Assembly: GCA_964437735.1 (NCBI GenBank)
Contig: CAYTID010000005.1
Span: 1 to 51,797 of the forward strand
DNA from: an uncultured Ignavibacteriaceae bacterium
GTDB lineage: Bacteria; Bacteroidota; Ignavibacteria; UBA10030; BY39
Reading direction: 5' to 3'
Length of the DNA: 51,797 bases
The notes beneath the pieces were generated by a model that ran no database searches, was not told the DNA's origin, and saw only the letters and a list, made by a program, of their open reading frames with translations. Below are positions 7,404 to 17,449 of the stretch, in pieces (position 1 is the stretch's first letter; the number at the start of each line of letters is the position of its first letter). A program made the translations under genes and the position numbers.

Positions 7404-9265
7404 ATTGTATATTTTTCCTCATTTTCCAGCGGAATCGTAAAATAAAAAACACTCCCTTTTTCAAATTCACTTTCAGCCCATATCTCGCCGCCATACATTT
7501 GAACAATTTCTTTCGCTATTGCTAAACCCAATCCAACACTTCCGGGAGTAGACTCCAGAGTTCCTTTTACTTGTACAAATTTATCGAATATAGTAGATAA
7601 ATTTTCTTCTGAAATTCCCTTCCCCGTATCTTTAATGCTAACCATAATTTCATTTATTTCGACGGAAGATGTAATTTCAATTGCACCGCCTTCGGGTGTG
7701 TATTTCAATGCGTTATTTACTAAGTTACTAATTACCCAACTGAATTGCTGTGCGTCCCCGGTAAATTTTGGTATATTTTCAGATAAATGTAGTATTAAAT
7801 TTATAGATTTTTCCTTAATCGGGAGAAGAATAGGTTGTATACTATCCTGAATTATCTCATTGATTGAAATGAGTTCTTTTTTAAATTGAAATTTTCCCGA
7901 TTCAAGCCTTGATAATTCCAATAGCTCCCTTACTAATTTTGTCAAACGATTCGCATCATGTTTTGCTGATTTTAACAATTCTTGTTGTTCAGGATTTACT
8001 TCTCCTACTATCCCCTGATTAATAAGATCGAGTGTCATATTGATTGATGTAAGGGGTGTCCGAAATTCATGAGATACGGTTGCCATGAATTCTGATTTCA
8101 TTTTATCAAGCTGCTTAAATTGTGTTACATCCTGTAAAATCAGCACAGTTCCCGATTTTTCTCCTTTCGCTAAAGGGATTTCGGAAACTTGCGGACGAAT
8201 GTAGACATCTTTTTCATCCAGCTTAAAGAGGAGATATGGCTGATTAGTAAATTTATCCGATGAAGGATCAGTTAAAATACTTATAACTCTCTCATCTTTT
8301 ATTAGTTTGCTGATATGAATATTTTCAATGCAGGGAGTATCAATTTTCAATAAATTACGAGCGGCTTCATTGATTAACAAAATATTCTCTTTTTTATCAC
8401 AAACTATAATAGCATCCGAAATATTTTTTACAATAGTTTCTGATTTTTGTTTTTCTTCTAGAATTTTTTCGATATTCAATGCTTCAAATCGGCGAAGTCG
8501 TTCTGTCATTTTGTTAAATTCACGGCTGAGTTCTCCAAACTCATCATCGGTTAATATATCTGTTTTTAAATCGAGTCGTCCCCTCCCTATTTTTTTTACA
8601 GTGCTCGTTAATCGCTCGGCAGGTTCTACTATCGATCGGGTATATTGTACACCGGCAATTATACTCAATGTTACTGCAAAAAGGGAAGCTATCAATACTG
8701 CATAAGAGGCTTCACTCGCAATCTTTCTGGCTCGCTTATCCAGGTCAAACATTTCCTGCTGGTTTAATTCAATCAATCTGAAACAACTCTGTTTTAATAT
8801 TTCATTTACAGGTCTGATATTGTTGAAATGATATGATTTTGCAATTTGGTGCAACTGTTCATCCATCACAAAAAGCATGACGGTATCGGCGAGTTCCACA
8901 TACCTGATGTGGTACATTTGAATTGTATCCAGGATCGACTGGTGCTGCTCGTGAGTAATATGTTCGCTGGTTTTTTGAAACCATTGAAAATAGTCAAAAC
9001 TGCTTTTTTTGTAAGCATCGAGACTTCGTTTTGATTTGGTGCTGATAAAAGCGACTAGAGCGTTATCCAACAGCTCTTGTGATTTCACCATATTTTCAGC
9101 GGCAATTACATTTAAATAATTTTCACGAATAATCTGATCAACTGAACTGCCAAGCCGATTAAAATTGATAATCGCCCAGATAGTAATAAAAACACTTATT
9201 CCCACGAGAATGAAATAACTGATAGAAATTTTGAAGCGGAGACTTTTAAAGAATGGAATATCCAT
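7400..9265 (-). CDS. sensor histidine kinase (2 TM periplasmic helical sensor - HAMP - PAS - HisKA - HATPase)
   Basis: H-box SHEFRTPL. N, G1 and G2 boxes (NLVNNALKYTP, DTGKGI, GLGLAIAKE). HAMP-like segment after the second transmembrane helix. Confidence 0.9.
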   Translation of the reverse strand: MDIPFFKSLRFKISISYFILVGISVFITIWAIINFNRLGSSVDQIIRENYLNVIAAENMVKSQELLDNALVAFISTKSKRSLDAYKKSSFDYFQWFQKTSEHITHEQHQSILDTIQMYHIRYVELADTVMLFVMDEQLHQIAKSYHFNNIRPVNEILKQSCFRLIELNQQEMFDLDKRARKIASEASYAVLIASLFAVTLSIIAGVQYTRSIVEPAERLTSTVKKIGRGRLDLKTDILTDDEFGELSREFNKMTERLRRFEALNIEKILEEKQKSETIVKNISDAIIVCDKKENILLINEAARNLLKIDTPCIENIHISKLIKDERVISILTDPSSDKFTNQPYLLFKLDEKDVYIRPQVSEIPLAKGEKSGTVLILQDVTQFKQLDKMKSEFMATVSHEFRTPLTSINMTLDLINQGIVGEVNPEQQELLKSAKHDANRLTKLVRELLELSRLESGKFQFKKELISINEIIQDSIQPILLPIKEKSINLILHLSENIPKFTGDAQQFSWVISNLVNNALKYTPEGGAIEITSSVEINEIMVSIKDTGKGISEENLSTIFDKFVQVKGTLESTPGSVGLGLAIAKEIVQMYGGEIWAESEFEKGSVFYFTIPLENEEKYTI

Positions 9266-9327
9266 TATTGATTTCTTTTACATTCAATCTAGAATGTATA
9301 ATTTCAATGGTTTGAAAAGGATAAACA

Positions 9328-9708
9328 TTAATCTTTTAAAATTTTTGAGATTGTTTTCTGGATCTGATCCATGTCAATTGGTTTGGAGAGAATTCCGCAA
9401 AAGTCGGGATCTTGGATATCTTTTAATATTCGTTCATTTTCGTAGCCGCTGATAAACAGAAAGGGAACGGTTTTGAGCTCTGAAATCTGTCGCACTTTAT
9501 GGTACAACTCAATACCTCCGATACGAGGCATCATAACATCCGCTATTATTAAATCAGGTATATACTCAGATAGTTTATCGAGCGCTTCTTGACCGTCGTA
9601 AACCAATTCCACTTCATAACCATCCATAAGAATCAAATCCCGAAGTATTTCGGCAAAGCCGACTTCATCGTCGACAAGTAGTATTTTCCTTTTTTTTCCC
9701 GAATCCAT
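9328..9708 (-). CDS. single-domain response regulator (CheY-like receiver)
   Basis: 126 aa. KILLVDDE...DLIIADVMMPRIGG...ISGY pattern with the conserved Asp and Lys positions. Confidence 0.85.
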   Translation of the reverse strand: MDSGKKRKILLVDDEVGFAEILRDLILMDGYEVELVYDGQEALDKLSEYIPDLIIADVMMPRIGGIELYHKVRQISELKTVPFLFISGYENERILKDIQDPDFCGILSKPIDMDQIQKTISKILKD

Positions 9709-9812
9709 TTTGTATCAATATTTTTAAAAATATATATAATCAAGATTAGAAAATCAAGTTATTTTGTATTTATAATTGAATTTACTATACTTTAAATTAA
9801 AAAGGCAGCATA

Positions 9813-10571
9813 TTGGAATCTGAATTTAGAAATTTGGTCGAAATTGTACGTAGACTTAGAAAAGAATGTCCTTGGGACAGGGAACAAACTCATGAATCGA
9901 TTCGGCACAGTTTAATAGAAGAAACTTATGAGGTAATCGAGGCTATCGATAATATGAGTCTCCCCGATTTGAAACAAGAACTTGGAGATTTATTACTCCA
10001 TGTAATTTTTCACGTTTCAATAGCGGAAGAAAAAAACGAATTTACACTGATCGACGTACTTAAAAATATTTCTCAAAAATTGGTCAGGCGGCATCCTCAT
10101 GTATTCGGGAATTTGGAAGTAAACGATCCAAAGCAGGTCATATCAAATTGGGAAAAAATTAAATTGGATGAAGGCAGAAAATCGGTAATCGATGGAGTAC
10201 CCCGTGAATTACCGTCACTTTTACGCGCGCACAGGTTACAGGATAAAGCCTCTAAAGTCGGATTTGATTGGGAAAAAAAAGAAGATGCCTGGACAAAAGT
10301 TGAAGAAGAAGTCAGAGAACTCCACCAAGCTATTGTTTCAGCTGATGAGATGGAAATCGAAAAAGAATTCGGGGATCTTCTCTTCGCACTTGTAAACTAT
10401 TCACGTTTTCTAAATGTAAATCCGGAAAACGCACTAAGATATACAATTGAAAAATTTATAAAGAGATTTCAATACATAGAGAATAAATTAAAAGAAAACG
10501 GAAAAGATATTTACTCCTCGACTCTGCAGGAAATGGATAAATTATGGAACGAGTCCAAAAGTATCGTTTAA
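9813..10571 (+). CDS. mazG: nucleoside triphosphate pyrophosphohydrolase MazG
   Basis: 252 aa with two MazG-type EExxE/D motif regions (LIEETYEVIEAID; EKEFGDLLFALVN). TTG start in the track. Confidence 0.85.
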   Translation: MESEFRNLVEIVRRLRKECPWDREQTHESIRHSLIEETYEVIEAIDNMSLPDLKQELGDLLLHVIFHVSIAEEKNEFTLIDVLKNISQKLVRRHPHVFGNLEVNDPKQVISNWEKIKLDEGRKSVIDGVPRELPSLLRAHRLQDKASKVGFDWEKKEDAWTKVEEEVRELHQAIVSADEMEIEKEFGDLLFALVNYSRFLNVNPENALRYTIEKFIKRFQYIENKLKENGKDIYSSTLQEMDKLWNESKSIV

Positions 10572-10586
10572 TCGGTCTGATACCGA

Positions 10587-11582
10587 TTATTTGCCAGATG
10601 TCTCCAGCTTCGGAGTTGAATATTTATCGTAAGCATTGATAATATCTTTTACCAATTTGTGTCGGACCACATCGGATTTATCAAAGTAACAAAATGCAAT
10701 ACCTGAAATATTTTTAAGAATTTCCCTGATTTGAACTAAACCGGAAACTGTTTTCGATGGTAAATCTATTTGGGTTATGTCACCGGTAACGATTGCTTTT
10801 GAATTCATTCCAAGCCGGGTAAGAAACATTTTCATTTGCATGCTGGTAGCATTCTGAGCTTCATCCAAAATAACAAAAGCATTATTCAATGTTCTTCCCC
10901 GCATATATGCCAGAGGAACTATCTCGATCACCCTTTTTTCTACATAGCTTTTTAATTTTTCCGCGGGTATCATATCATCTAGTGCATCATACAAAGGACG
11001 TAAATACGGATCGACTTTTTCTTTTAAATCTCCCGGGAGGAAACCGAGGCTTTCACCCGCCTCGACAGCAGGACGCGCCAGAACGATTTTCATTATTTCA
11101 CGATTTTTTAAACTTGCCACAGCAGCCGCAACAGCAAGATAAGTTTTACCGGTCCCTGCCGGTCCGATAGCAAATACGATATCATTTTTTTTGATCTGAC
11201 TGATATATACTTTTTGTCCTTGAGTTTTTGCCCGAATAATTCCGTTGCGAGTTAATAAAACCGCCGTATCAAGTTCCTCCTCCGGCAACTGTTTTACTAT
11301 TGATTTTGGAAGAGCAGATTCACCATTGACTGAAACCAAATCAATTACAGTTTCAACATCATTTGTCGACAAATTACCGCTTCTACTCAAGATATAAATT
11401 AATTCCTTAAAAATTTTTTGAATTTGGTCGACCTGATGATCATCGCCTTTGATAGTTATATTATCTCCTCTCGCCGTTATAACAGCGTCAAACCTGTCCT
11501 CAATAATCCGAAGATTTGCATCGTTCAAGCCAAGGAGACTTATCATTTCGACTCCCTCAGCTTTAATTTTTATTTCTGCCAA
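10587..11582 (-). CDS. phoH: PhoH-family ATPase
   Basis: 331 aa. Walker A GPAGTGKTYLAVA, FVILDEAQN (Walker B). PhoH-like C-terminal region. Confidence 0.85.
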   Translation of the reverse strand: MAEIKIKAEGVEMISLLGLNDANLRIIEDRFDAVITARGDNITIKGDDHQVDQIQKIFKELIYILSRSGNLSTNDVETVIDLVSVNGESALPKSIVKQLPEEELDTAVLLTRNGIIRAKTQGQKVYISQIKKNDIVFAIGPAGTGKTYLAVAAAVASLKNREIMKIVLARPAVEAGESLGFLPGDLKEKVDPYLRPLYDALDDMIPAEKLKSYVEKRVIEIVPLAYMRGRTLNNAFVILDEAQNATSMQMKMFLTRLGMNSKAIVTGDITQIDLPSKTVSGLVQIREILKNISGIAFCYFDKSDVVRHKLVKDIINAYDKYSTPKLETSGK

Positions 11583-11606
11583 TGAAAATTTTATCCTTTC
11601 ATGTTA

Positions 11607-11651
11607 AAAAAATAAAAAGCCCTTTTCCCGAGTTACGGGAATAAGGGCTTA
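11607..11651 (-). terminator. rho-independent terminator downstream of the LysM-like gene
   Basis: AAGCCCTT-TTCCCG-agtta-CGGGAA-t-AAGGGCTT gives about a 14-bp stem with one bulge. On the minus strand it is followed by TTTATTTTTTT. Confidence 0.8.
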
Positions 11652-11687
11652 TCTTTAATCTGTCAAATCTGTAATAAACAAATTCAA

Positions 11688-12434
11688 TTATTGTGTAGGT
11701 GCTACAGCTTCGGCTTTCTTTTTATAATAAGTATTTGCAGCCGCTTTTTCTTCTTTGCTAAGTTCATTTCCGGCCGGAATCTTTAATACCCATTTGGGTT
11801 TGATGACATCAGGATTCTTCACCTTATCCTTGTTTGCCTGCCAGATTTTCGGCCATAACCATGCATTGTTATAGATATCTTTTTTCTTGGCTATGTTCCA
11901 TAAACAATCACGATCTTTTGCCCAAGTGCCTACTGTGTATGTTTTACTCTTGTCGAGAGTTTTCATTAAGCTTGCGATGTTTTCTTGGAGTTTTTTAATT
12001 CTTTCGCCATGGCGAGGTATCTTTGCAATCTGATGCATTGCCATTTCTGCAATTCTTTTATTCATGCCTTCTATTTCTTGCCGGAATTTTAATAACTCTT
12101 CATCCGATAATTTTAACAATTCACTTGTTCGGGCTTCGTGCCGTCCCAGTTCTTCAAAGAACGCATCATATTCAGCTTGTGTGATCCCAAGCAATTGTAA
12201 TAATGCACTATTACACTCAATATAATCACCATCGAGTTTTGCCGATTGATCTTTTAAAGCTTTAATATCAGCATTTAATTTATCCAGTTTGCCTTTTAAC
12301 TCATTTCTTTTTGCGGTAAACTGACTCATTTCTTGTTTCCATTGCTCTTTTGTCATCTCCTGAGCAAACAAACTTGTTCCGCTTATAAGAACCATAAAAG
12401 CGATTACCATTGTAATTATTATTTTTGTCTTCAT
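11688..12434 (-). CDS. secreted coiled-coil protein with a C-terminal LysM-like (YgaU-type) peptidoglycan-binding domain
   Basis: Signal peptide, then a long heptad-rich region. The C-terminus YTVGTWAKDRDCLWNIAKKKDIYNNAWLWPKIWQANKDKVKNPDVIKPKWVLKIP resembles the LysM pattern Y.V..gDtLw.IA...Y.n...w..I..aN...i.nPd.I.pgq.L.IP. Confidence 0.6.
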   Translation of the reverse strand: MKTKIIITMVIAFMVLISGTSLFAQEMTKEQWKQEMSQFTAKRNELKGKLDKLNADIKALKDQSAKLDGDYIECNSALLQLLGITQAEYDAFFEELGRHEARTSELLKLSDEELLKFRQEIEGMNKRIAEMAMHQIAKIPRHGERIKKLQENIASLMKTLDKSKTYTVGTWAKDRDCLWNIAKKKDIYNNAWLWPKIWQANKDKVKNPDVIKPKWVLKIPAGNELSKEEKAAANTYYKKKAEAVAPTQ

Positions 12435-12469
12435 TGCAGTATCTCCTCTTTCTTATTTACGCTCATTAA

Positions 12470-12730
12470 TTATTGTCCAATTGCCTTTTTAAAAGCTGCT
12501 TGATCTTCCTGACACTGCTTTAATTTTGCATTTTTCTCGGCAACTTCTTTTTCCAGATTAGCTTTTTCTTTTTCTTTGTCAGCAATTTGTTTCTCTAATG
12601 ACACAACTTCTGCTTTTAAATCATTTAACTGCCTTAATTCTTCGTCAGATGGTTTTGGAGTGCATCCGATAATCATTGACGCAGAAATAACAAGTACTGC
12701 AATAGTGAATAAAAATTTGCGATTCGCCAT
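12470..12730 (-). CDS. small coiled-coil lipoprotein
   Basis: Start chosen at the ATG at 12730 (MANRKFLF...), preceded by GGAGG. Lipobox IIGC. The remainder is a Lys/Glu-rich coiled coil. The track ORF extends to 12817 but the extension looks non-coding. Confidence 0.5.
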   Translation of the reverse strand: MANRKFLFTIAVLVISASMIIGCTPKPSDEELRQLNDLKAEVVSLEKQIADKEKEKANLEKEVAEKNAKLKQCQEDQAAFKKAIGQ

Positions 12731-12850
12731 GATATTCCTCCGATTGTTAATTTGTGTATAGTTTATTCTGTTCATCTCAATTTTGTTAATTATAATAAAT
12801 AATAGGCACTTTGTCAAGTTTGTATTGTTTCATTTTTTACCTTTTCTGAC

Positions 12851-13585
12851 TCATAATAACCCTTTTTCCGCAAAACTCGTATAAGAATTTCCTGCGATAA
12901 TAATATGATCGTGAATAGGAATTCCCAAAATTTTGCCGGATTCAACGATTTGTCGGGTAATCGAAATATCTTCCGTACTTGGCTCCGGATTCCCCGAAGG
13001 ATGATTGTGCATTATTATAAGTGCAGCGGCAGGTTCAGTAATCGCCGGCTTGAAAACTTCCCTCGGATGAACCAATGAAGAATTCAGAATCCCTCGTGTT
13101 ATTTCAACTTCTTTGATTAAATGGTTTGAGCTATCAAGCAATAATACTGTAAATATCTCTTGTTTGATATCTCTCATTAATGGTAAGAATTTATTTACTA
13201 CATCGAGCGGAGACAAAATTTTAATTTTCTTATCCTTGTTCCTTACCGCGGATCTTTTTCCAAGCTCGAAAGCAGCAATAAGAGTTACAGCCTTCGTGTT
13301 ACCAAAACCTTTGTACTTATTTAAATCGGAAACCGACCTGCAAGCCAATGAATCCAGTGATCCGAAATCCTTCAATATAGTCTTTGCCAAATCAAGTGCA
13401 GTAATTTTTCCCGTACCCGTGCGGATCAGTATCGCGAGTAATTCGGAATCCGATAATGATTGGGGCCCGAATTTTAATAGTTTTTCTCTCGGCCTTTCCA
13501 TCTCGGGCCATTCTTTAATCTTGGAATGATAATATGATGCTTCCCATACCTTTTTTTCTTCTCTCGTCTCCATAATTTCTCCCAC
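12851..13585 (-). CDS. radC: RadC-family (JAMM-motif) protein
   Basis: REKLLKFGPQSLSDSELLAILIRTGT, HhH region, and a C-terminal HNHPSGNPEPSTED JAMM motif. Confidence 0.85.
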   Translation of the reverse strand: MGEIMETREEKKVWEASYYHSKIKEWPEMERPREKLLKFGPQSLSDSELLAILIRTGTGKITALDLAKTILKDFGSLDSLACRSVSDLNKYKGFGNTKAVTLIAAFELGKRSAVRNKDKKIKILSPLDVVNKFLPLMRDIKQEIFTVLLLDSSNHLIKEVEITRGILNSSLVHPREVFKPAITEPAAALIIMHNHPSGNPEPSTEDISITRQIVESGKILGIPIHDHIIIAGNSYTSFAEKGLL

Positions 13586-13596
13586 TCATGTTTTTA

Positions 13597-15573
13597 TTAA
13601 TCCACAGTGATTTCTCCGACCTTAACTATTTTCCCCTCTCTGAATTGTAAAATATTAAACTCATTATTTACGCGTCTTTTAGTAAGAGTTATTTTTGATT
13701 TAAGTCCTGCATATTTTTTAACTACCGACAATGATTCCCTGATTTTTTCCCTAGTCACAGAACCATTTTTAATTTTACTCAAAACCAATTGTGCGGCATC
13801 ATATCCGAACAGAGAATTTCGTGTATAATTCTTTCCGAATTTATTAAAATATTTAATCTCAAAATCGGATGTAGAATAATTGTTTTTATCGACAAATATT
13901 TCTGAAATTATAAAAACCTCATCGATATACAGTGAACTTTTCAGTAGCTCGTTAATATTATACCATTCAGTCGTTCCAATAATTTTTGTTTTGATATTGT
14001 GATATGAAAGTTGAGCCGTGATTATCGGAATTTCATCCGGGGCAGAGATTAGAAAAAATATCCCATGTATAGAACTAGCCGGATAATCTAATTCATCCGG
14101 CTTCCCATCTTGATAAGTATATTTAAGTCCGAGAGAATCAGCAATTTTTTTTCCGTTTTTCCCAAATAAAACATTAACACCAATATTTGCACGCGTTTCA
14201 ATCAAGGAATCCAGTATCTTTAGATCCGCGCCGGCTTTTATGATTTTTATTTTTTCCAAATTTGTAAGCCTGTTCGAGAAGGAAACAACCGGTTCAGCCG
14301 CGTCTTTGAAAGCGAGGTTACGCAGTTGTTGAAAAATTTCTGAAAAATTTACAGTTTCTTTATTATAGTATTTTACAGATACAATATTTCCGCCTAATTT
14401 TTCTGCGTGGTCGACAAATGCTTTAACAATACTTTTGTTTGAGAATTCATCTGAGGAAATCACAGCAAGATTTATTATTTTTTTTTCTTTGACTGCAAAA
14501 TTAGCCGTGGCTTTCCCTTTACTTTGTAAATCCGGATTGATCTGAAAAACGTAATCACCAATAGCGGCAATTCCATCGGCATTTGCGGTCGGTGTAATTA
14601 ATGGTATTTTATCAAAATTGGCAGATCGCCCGCAAATCTGCGCTTCCTCACTGAAAACAGGACCTATTACAGAAATAACGTCACGTTGTGTCGACAAATT
14701 TTGCATTTCCCTCTCTGCTTTATTTGTTGACCTTTCAGTATCGCGAACATCCAATACGATATTAATTTCACCGGTAAATTCTCCGTTAAATTTGTCAATA
14801 GCCAATTCGATACCATTAAGAATATCTTGCCCGACTTCACTGAAAGGGGAAGATGGATTAGCCTTCATTAAAGGTGTTAACACACCCAGCTTTAATGTTA
14901 ATCCTTTTGTCATCTGTTCGGCAAGAGTCAAAGCACGATTATAGTATTTTACAGATTGCCCTTTTTCCAAAACTTCAGATAGAATTATTCGAGCATTTTT
15001 TATTTCTCCCGAACGGAATAATTTTTCAGACATAAGAATTTTAATAAAAATTTTTGTGTCGGGATTTGTCTGCACAGAATTCAAGTCATTTATCTGTTCA
15101 GTGATAAGTTTCTCGACAATAATCCATTCAATCTGAGCGGATGCCTGCTCAATTGTTTTTTTATTTTTTGATTTTTCGAGAACACGTAAAAATACTCCGA
15201 CTGCCTCAAAGTAATTTTCAACCTCAAGATAACTAAGGCCGATTGTATAATACGCATTATCCAGATAATTGCTTTGAGGAAAAGATTTAATAAAGCGATT
15301 CAAAATAGATATTGATTCGTATGGCTTACTTAGGTGAAGATAGGTTTTTGCAAGCATTAAGTACGAAGCAGTCGTCCTCTGATGTGTTTGTAATTTTATT
15401 AGATTTTCAAATTCAGACTCAGCGAAAAAATATTTTCCCGATCTGAATGCTTCAACAGCATGAGTGAATTTATTTTCCGCTGCCGTATCAAATCTCGCTG
15501 AACTTTGAGATAATGATTGTTGAAAGGCAAATAATATTAATAAAAGGATTAATACTTTAAATGATTGTCGCAT
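13597..15573 (-). CDS. secreted protein with N-terminal TPR region and C-terminal type-1 periplasmic ligand-binding (LivK/LpoA-like) domain
   Basis: 658 aa with a signal peptide. TPR-like repeats in the first ~220 aa. The stretch LKLGVLTPL...GIELAIDKFN...VISVIGPVFSEEA is typical of Leu/Ile/Val-binding-type PBP1 domains. Confidence 0.6.
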   Translation of the reverse strand: MRQSFKVLILLLILFAFQQSLSQSSARFDTAAENKFTHAVEAFRSGKYFFAESEFENLIKLQTHQRTTASYLMLAKTYLHLSKPYESISILNRFIKSFPQSNYLDNAYYTIGLSYLEVENYFEAVGVFLRVLEKSKNKKTIEQASAQIEWIIVEKLITEQINDLNSVQTNPDTKIFIKILMSEKLFRSGEIKNARIILSEVLEKGQSVKYYNRALTLAEQMTKGLTLKLGVLTPLMKANPSSPFSEVGQDILNGIELAIDKFNGEFTGEINIVLDVRDTERSTNKAEREMQNLSTQRDVISVIGPVFSEEAQICGRSANFDKIPLITPTANADGIAAIGDYVFQINPDLQSKGKATANFAVKEKKIINLAVISSDEFSNKSIVKAFVDHAEKLGGNIVSVKYYNKETVNFSEIFQQLRNLAFKDAAEPVVSFSNRLTNLEKIKIIKAGADLKILDSLIETRANIGVNVLFGKNGKKIADSLGLKYTYQDGKPDELDYPASSIHGIFFLISAPDEIPIITAQLSYHNIKTKIIGTTEWYNINELLKSSLYIDEVFIISEIFVDKNNYSTSDFEIKYFNKFGKNYTRNSLFGYDAAQLVLSKIKNGSVTREKIRESLSVVKKYAGLKSKITLTKRRVNNEFNILQFREGKIVKVGEITVD

Positions 15574-16455
15574 TTATTGAGGTTCTAAAGTTTTAAATTT
15601 TTTATAAAATTCTTTCACTGTATTACTTGATGGGTCAATCTTCAATGCTTTTTTTATATATTTTAGTGAAATATCGTATTCTCCCTTCTTATAGTATAAT
15701 TTAGCAGCAGCAACTACACCCGCAAAATAATCCGGATTTATTTTTATGATTCGAAAAAGATATTTCTCTGCTTCAACAAACCGACCCAGTTCCAGAAGGG
15801 ACTCTACACATTTTACTAATCCATAAATTTCATCAGGTTTGATATTAACCGCTTCGATAAAACTTTTTGCTGCATATTCAAAATCCAATAATTCAAAATA
15901 TGCCGTTCCCAATAAATATTGAGCTGCCCAATCTCTCGGGTCGGAAGCCAATTCTTTCTTGAAATATTTAATTGAATCAGCGAATAACTTTCGGTTAATT
16001 AACGCTTCCCCGATAAACAAGTTAACTTTTGGAAAATTCGGATCCTGATTTAACACCTTATGAAAATATTTTTCAGCACGATTAAAATCTTCTTTGTAAA
16101 AATTAGCGACTCCGAGACAATAATTCAGCAAGGGTGGTTTTTTATTTACAACCTTTTTCAACAATGAAATAGTTTTTGAATATTCCTCATTCTGAAGATA
16201 CAAAAGTCCGAGTTGAAACATTATATCTTCGTCCTCCGGAATTAATATATGCCCTTTTTCCAATATTTTTATAGCATCTTCCAGCCGATTGTTTTGAAGA
16301 TTAAAATTAGAATACTCTATAAATACTTCAGGGGCATAAATCCCGTTAGATATCAGGTTTTTATATATTTGGAGAGCATGAAGATATTTTCCTGTATCTC
16401 CGAACGATTTCGCTTGTAATAACTTTTGCTGAATATGTAAATTTATTTTCTCCAT
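15574..16455 (-). CDS. TPR-repeat protein
   Basis: 293 aa made almost entirely of 34-aa TPR-like repeats. The stop abuts the start of the downstream gene. Confidence 0.75.
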   Translation of the reverse strand: MEKINLHIQQKLLQAKSFGDTGKYLHALQIYKNLISNGIYAPEVFIEYSNFNLQNNRLEDAIKILEKGHILIPEDEDIMFQLGLLYLQNEEYSKTISLLKKVVNKKPPLLNYCLGVANFYKEDFNRAEKYFHKVLNQDPNFPKVNLFIGEALINRKLFADSIKYFKKELASDPRDWAAQYLLGTAYFELLDFEYAAKSFIEAVNIKPDEIYGLVKCVESLLELGRFVEAEKYLFRIIKINPDYFAGVVAAAKLYYKKGEYDISLKYIKKALKIDPSSNTVKEFYKKFKTLEPQ

Positions 16456-16492
16456 TATTTGTATATGAAGTTAGATAAATTTTCAAGTAAAT

Positions 16493-17449
16493 TCAATAAT
16501 AATCACGTTGTAAAGATTTGATACCAAGAAAATAACATACTCCCCAAATAATTCCTGATATTATCGATATTAACAACACCGGAGTCATTATTTTTTCGTA
16601 TGAAAAATTAATTTGAAGTTTTGAATATTCATAAAATTGCAATAACATTAAAAATATAATGACTGAAACGATAGTCAAAAAAAACAAACTTACCAAAAAG
16701 GTGAGTGAGGCTCCTTGGGTTGAAGCAATCCTTATCGGATTTTTTTCTTTATAGGTAGAAAATAAAGCTCCGGCGGATATATTCATTGATACGGTAACTA
16801 TTGTAAGACAAATTAAACTGAAATTCAAAACACCAAATATAAAATGAATGGATCTGAATTGCCAACTGGTAAACACCGAAAGGACAAGCGACAGAAATAG
16901 AACGGGTATTAAAATAAAAAATAATTTTATGTTGAAAAACTTTGCCATTATAATCGGAGCGCTCTTAATTCTCCAGAAATTTTCAGCTTCCAAACCGATT
17001 ATCGGATAAGCAAACCGAACTGATAATGCTGAAATTAAAAAAGCTGTGAACAAATAAATAATTATGTAAGATACTGATTGCAAAAAAGGCTGGTCAGTGA
17101 AAATTTTATAATTCATCAAGCTTAGTGAAAATATCAGAATCAATAAAACCATAATCAACAAATGAATCCATTGACTCGGTTCACGTAAAAATTGCAAAAT
17201 CTCTTTTTTTATCAACGCATCATTCTGAATTCTGAGAAAAGATTTATTTTTAAAGATATTTTTATTATACGTAGTATTCATTTTGTTGAATAGATCCAAA
17301 GAAGTTAGCCAGCTCTTTCTATAAAAATTTGCTGCAATTTTAATGAGAACCCAAAACAACACGAATGAAACCGATAAAAATAACAGAATATAAAAAAAAC
17401 CCACCACGATAATCCCAATCGTCACGACCCCGAAAAAAATAAGGATCAA
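16493..17449 (-). CDS. polytopic membrane protein: C-terminal part of a putative ABC-exporter permease, or a second permease ORF
   Basis: Multiple hydrophobic helices. The track start is TTG at 17449 and it overlaps the upstream ORF by 110 nt. The first in-frame ATG is at 17281. Confidence 0.5.
   Translation of the reverse strand: MILIFFGVVTIGIIVVGFFYILLFLSVSFVLFWVLIKIAANFYRKSWLTSLDLFNKMNTTYNKNIFKNKSFLRIQNDALIKKEILQFLREPSQWIHLLIMVLLILIFSLSLMNYKIFTDQPFLQSVSYIIIYLFTAFLISALSVRFAYPIIGLEAENFWRIKSAPIIMAKFFNIKLFFILIPVLFLSLVLSVFTSWQFRSIHFIFGVLNFSLICLTIVTVSMNISAGALFSTYKEKNPIRIASTQGASLTFLVSLFFLTIVSVIIFLMLLQFYEYSKLQINFSYEKIMTPVLLISIISGIIWGVCYFLGIKSLQRDYY

Noticed and set aside
10570-10588. Small hairpin AATCGGT-ctgat-ACCGATT between the convergent mazG and phoH genes.
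   Set aside because: The 7-bp stem overlaps the phoH stop codon and has no convincing U-tract, so it is too weak to call a terminator.
12731-12817. 29-codon N-terminal extension of the small lipoprotein ORF.
   Set aside because: The internal ATG at 12730 has a GGAGG RBS and is followed directly by a signal peptide and lipobox. The extension has no signal-like features.
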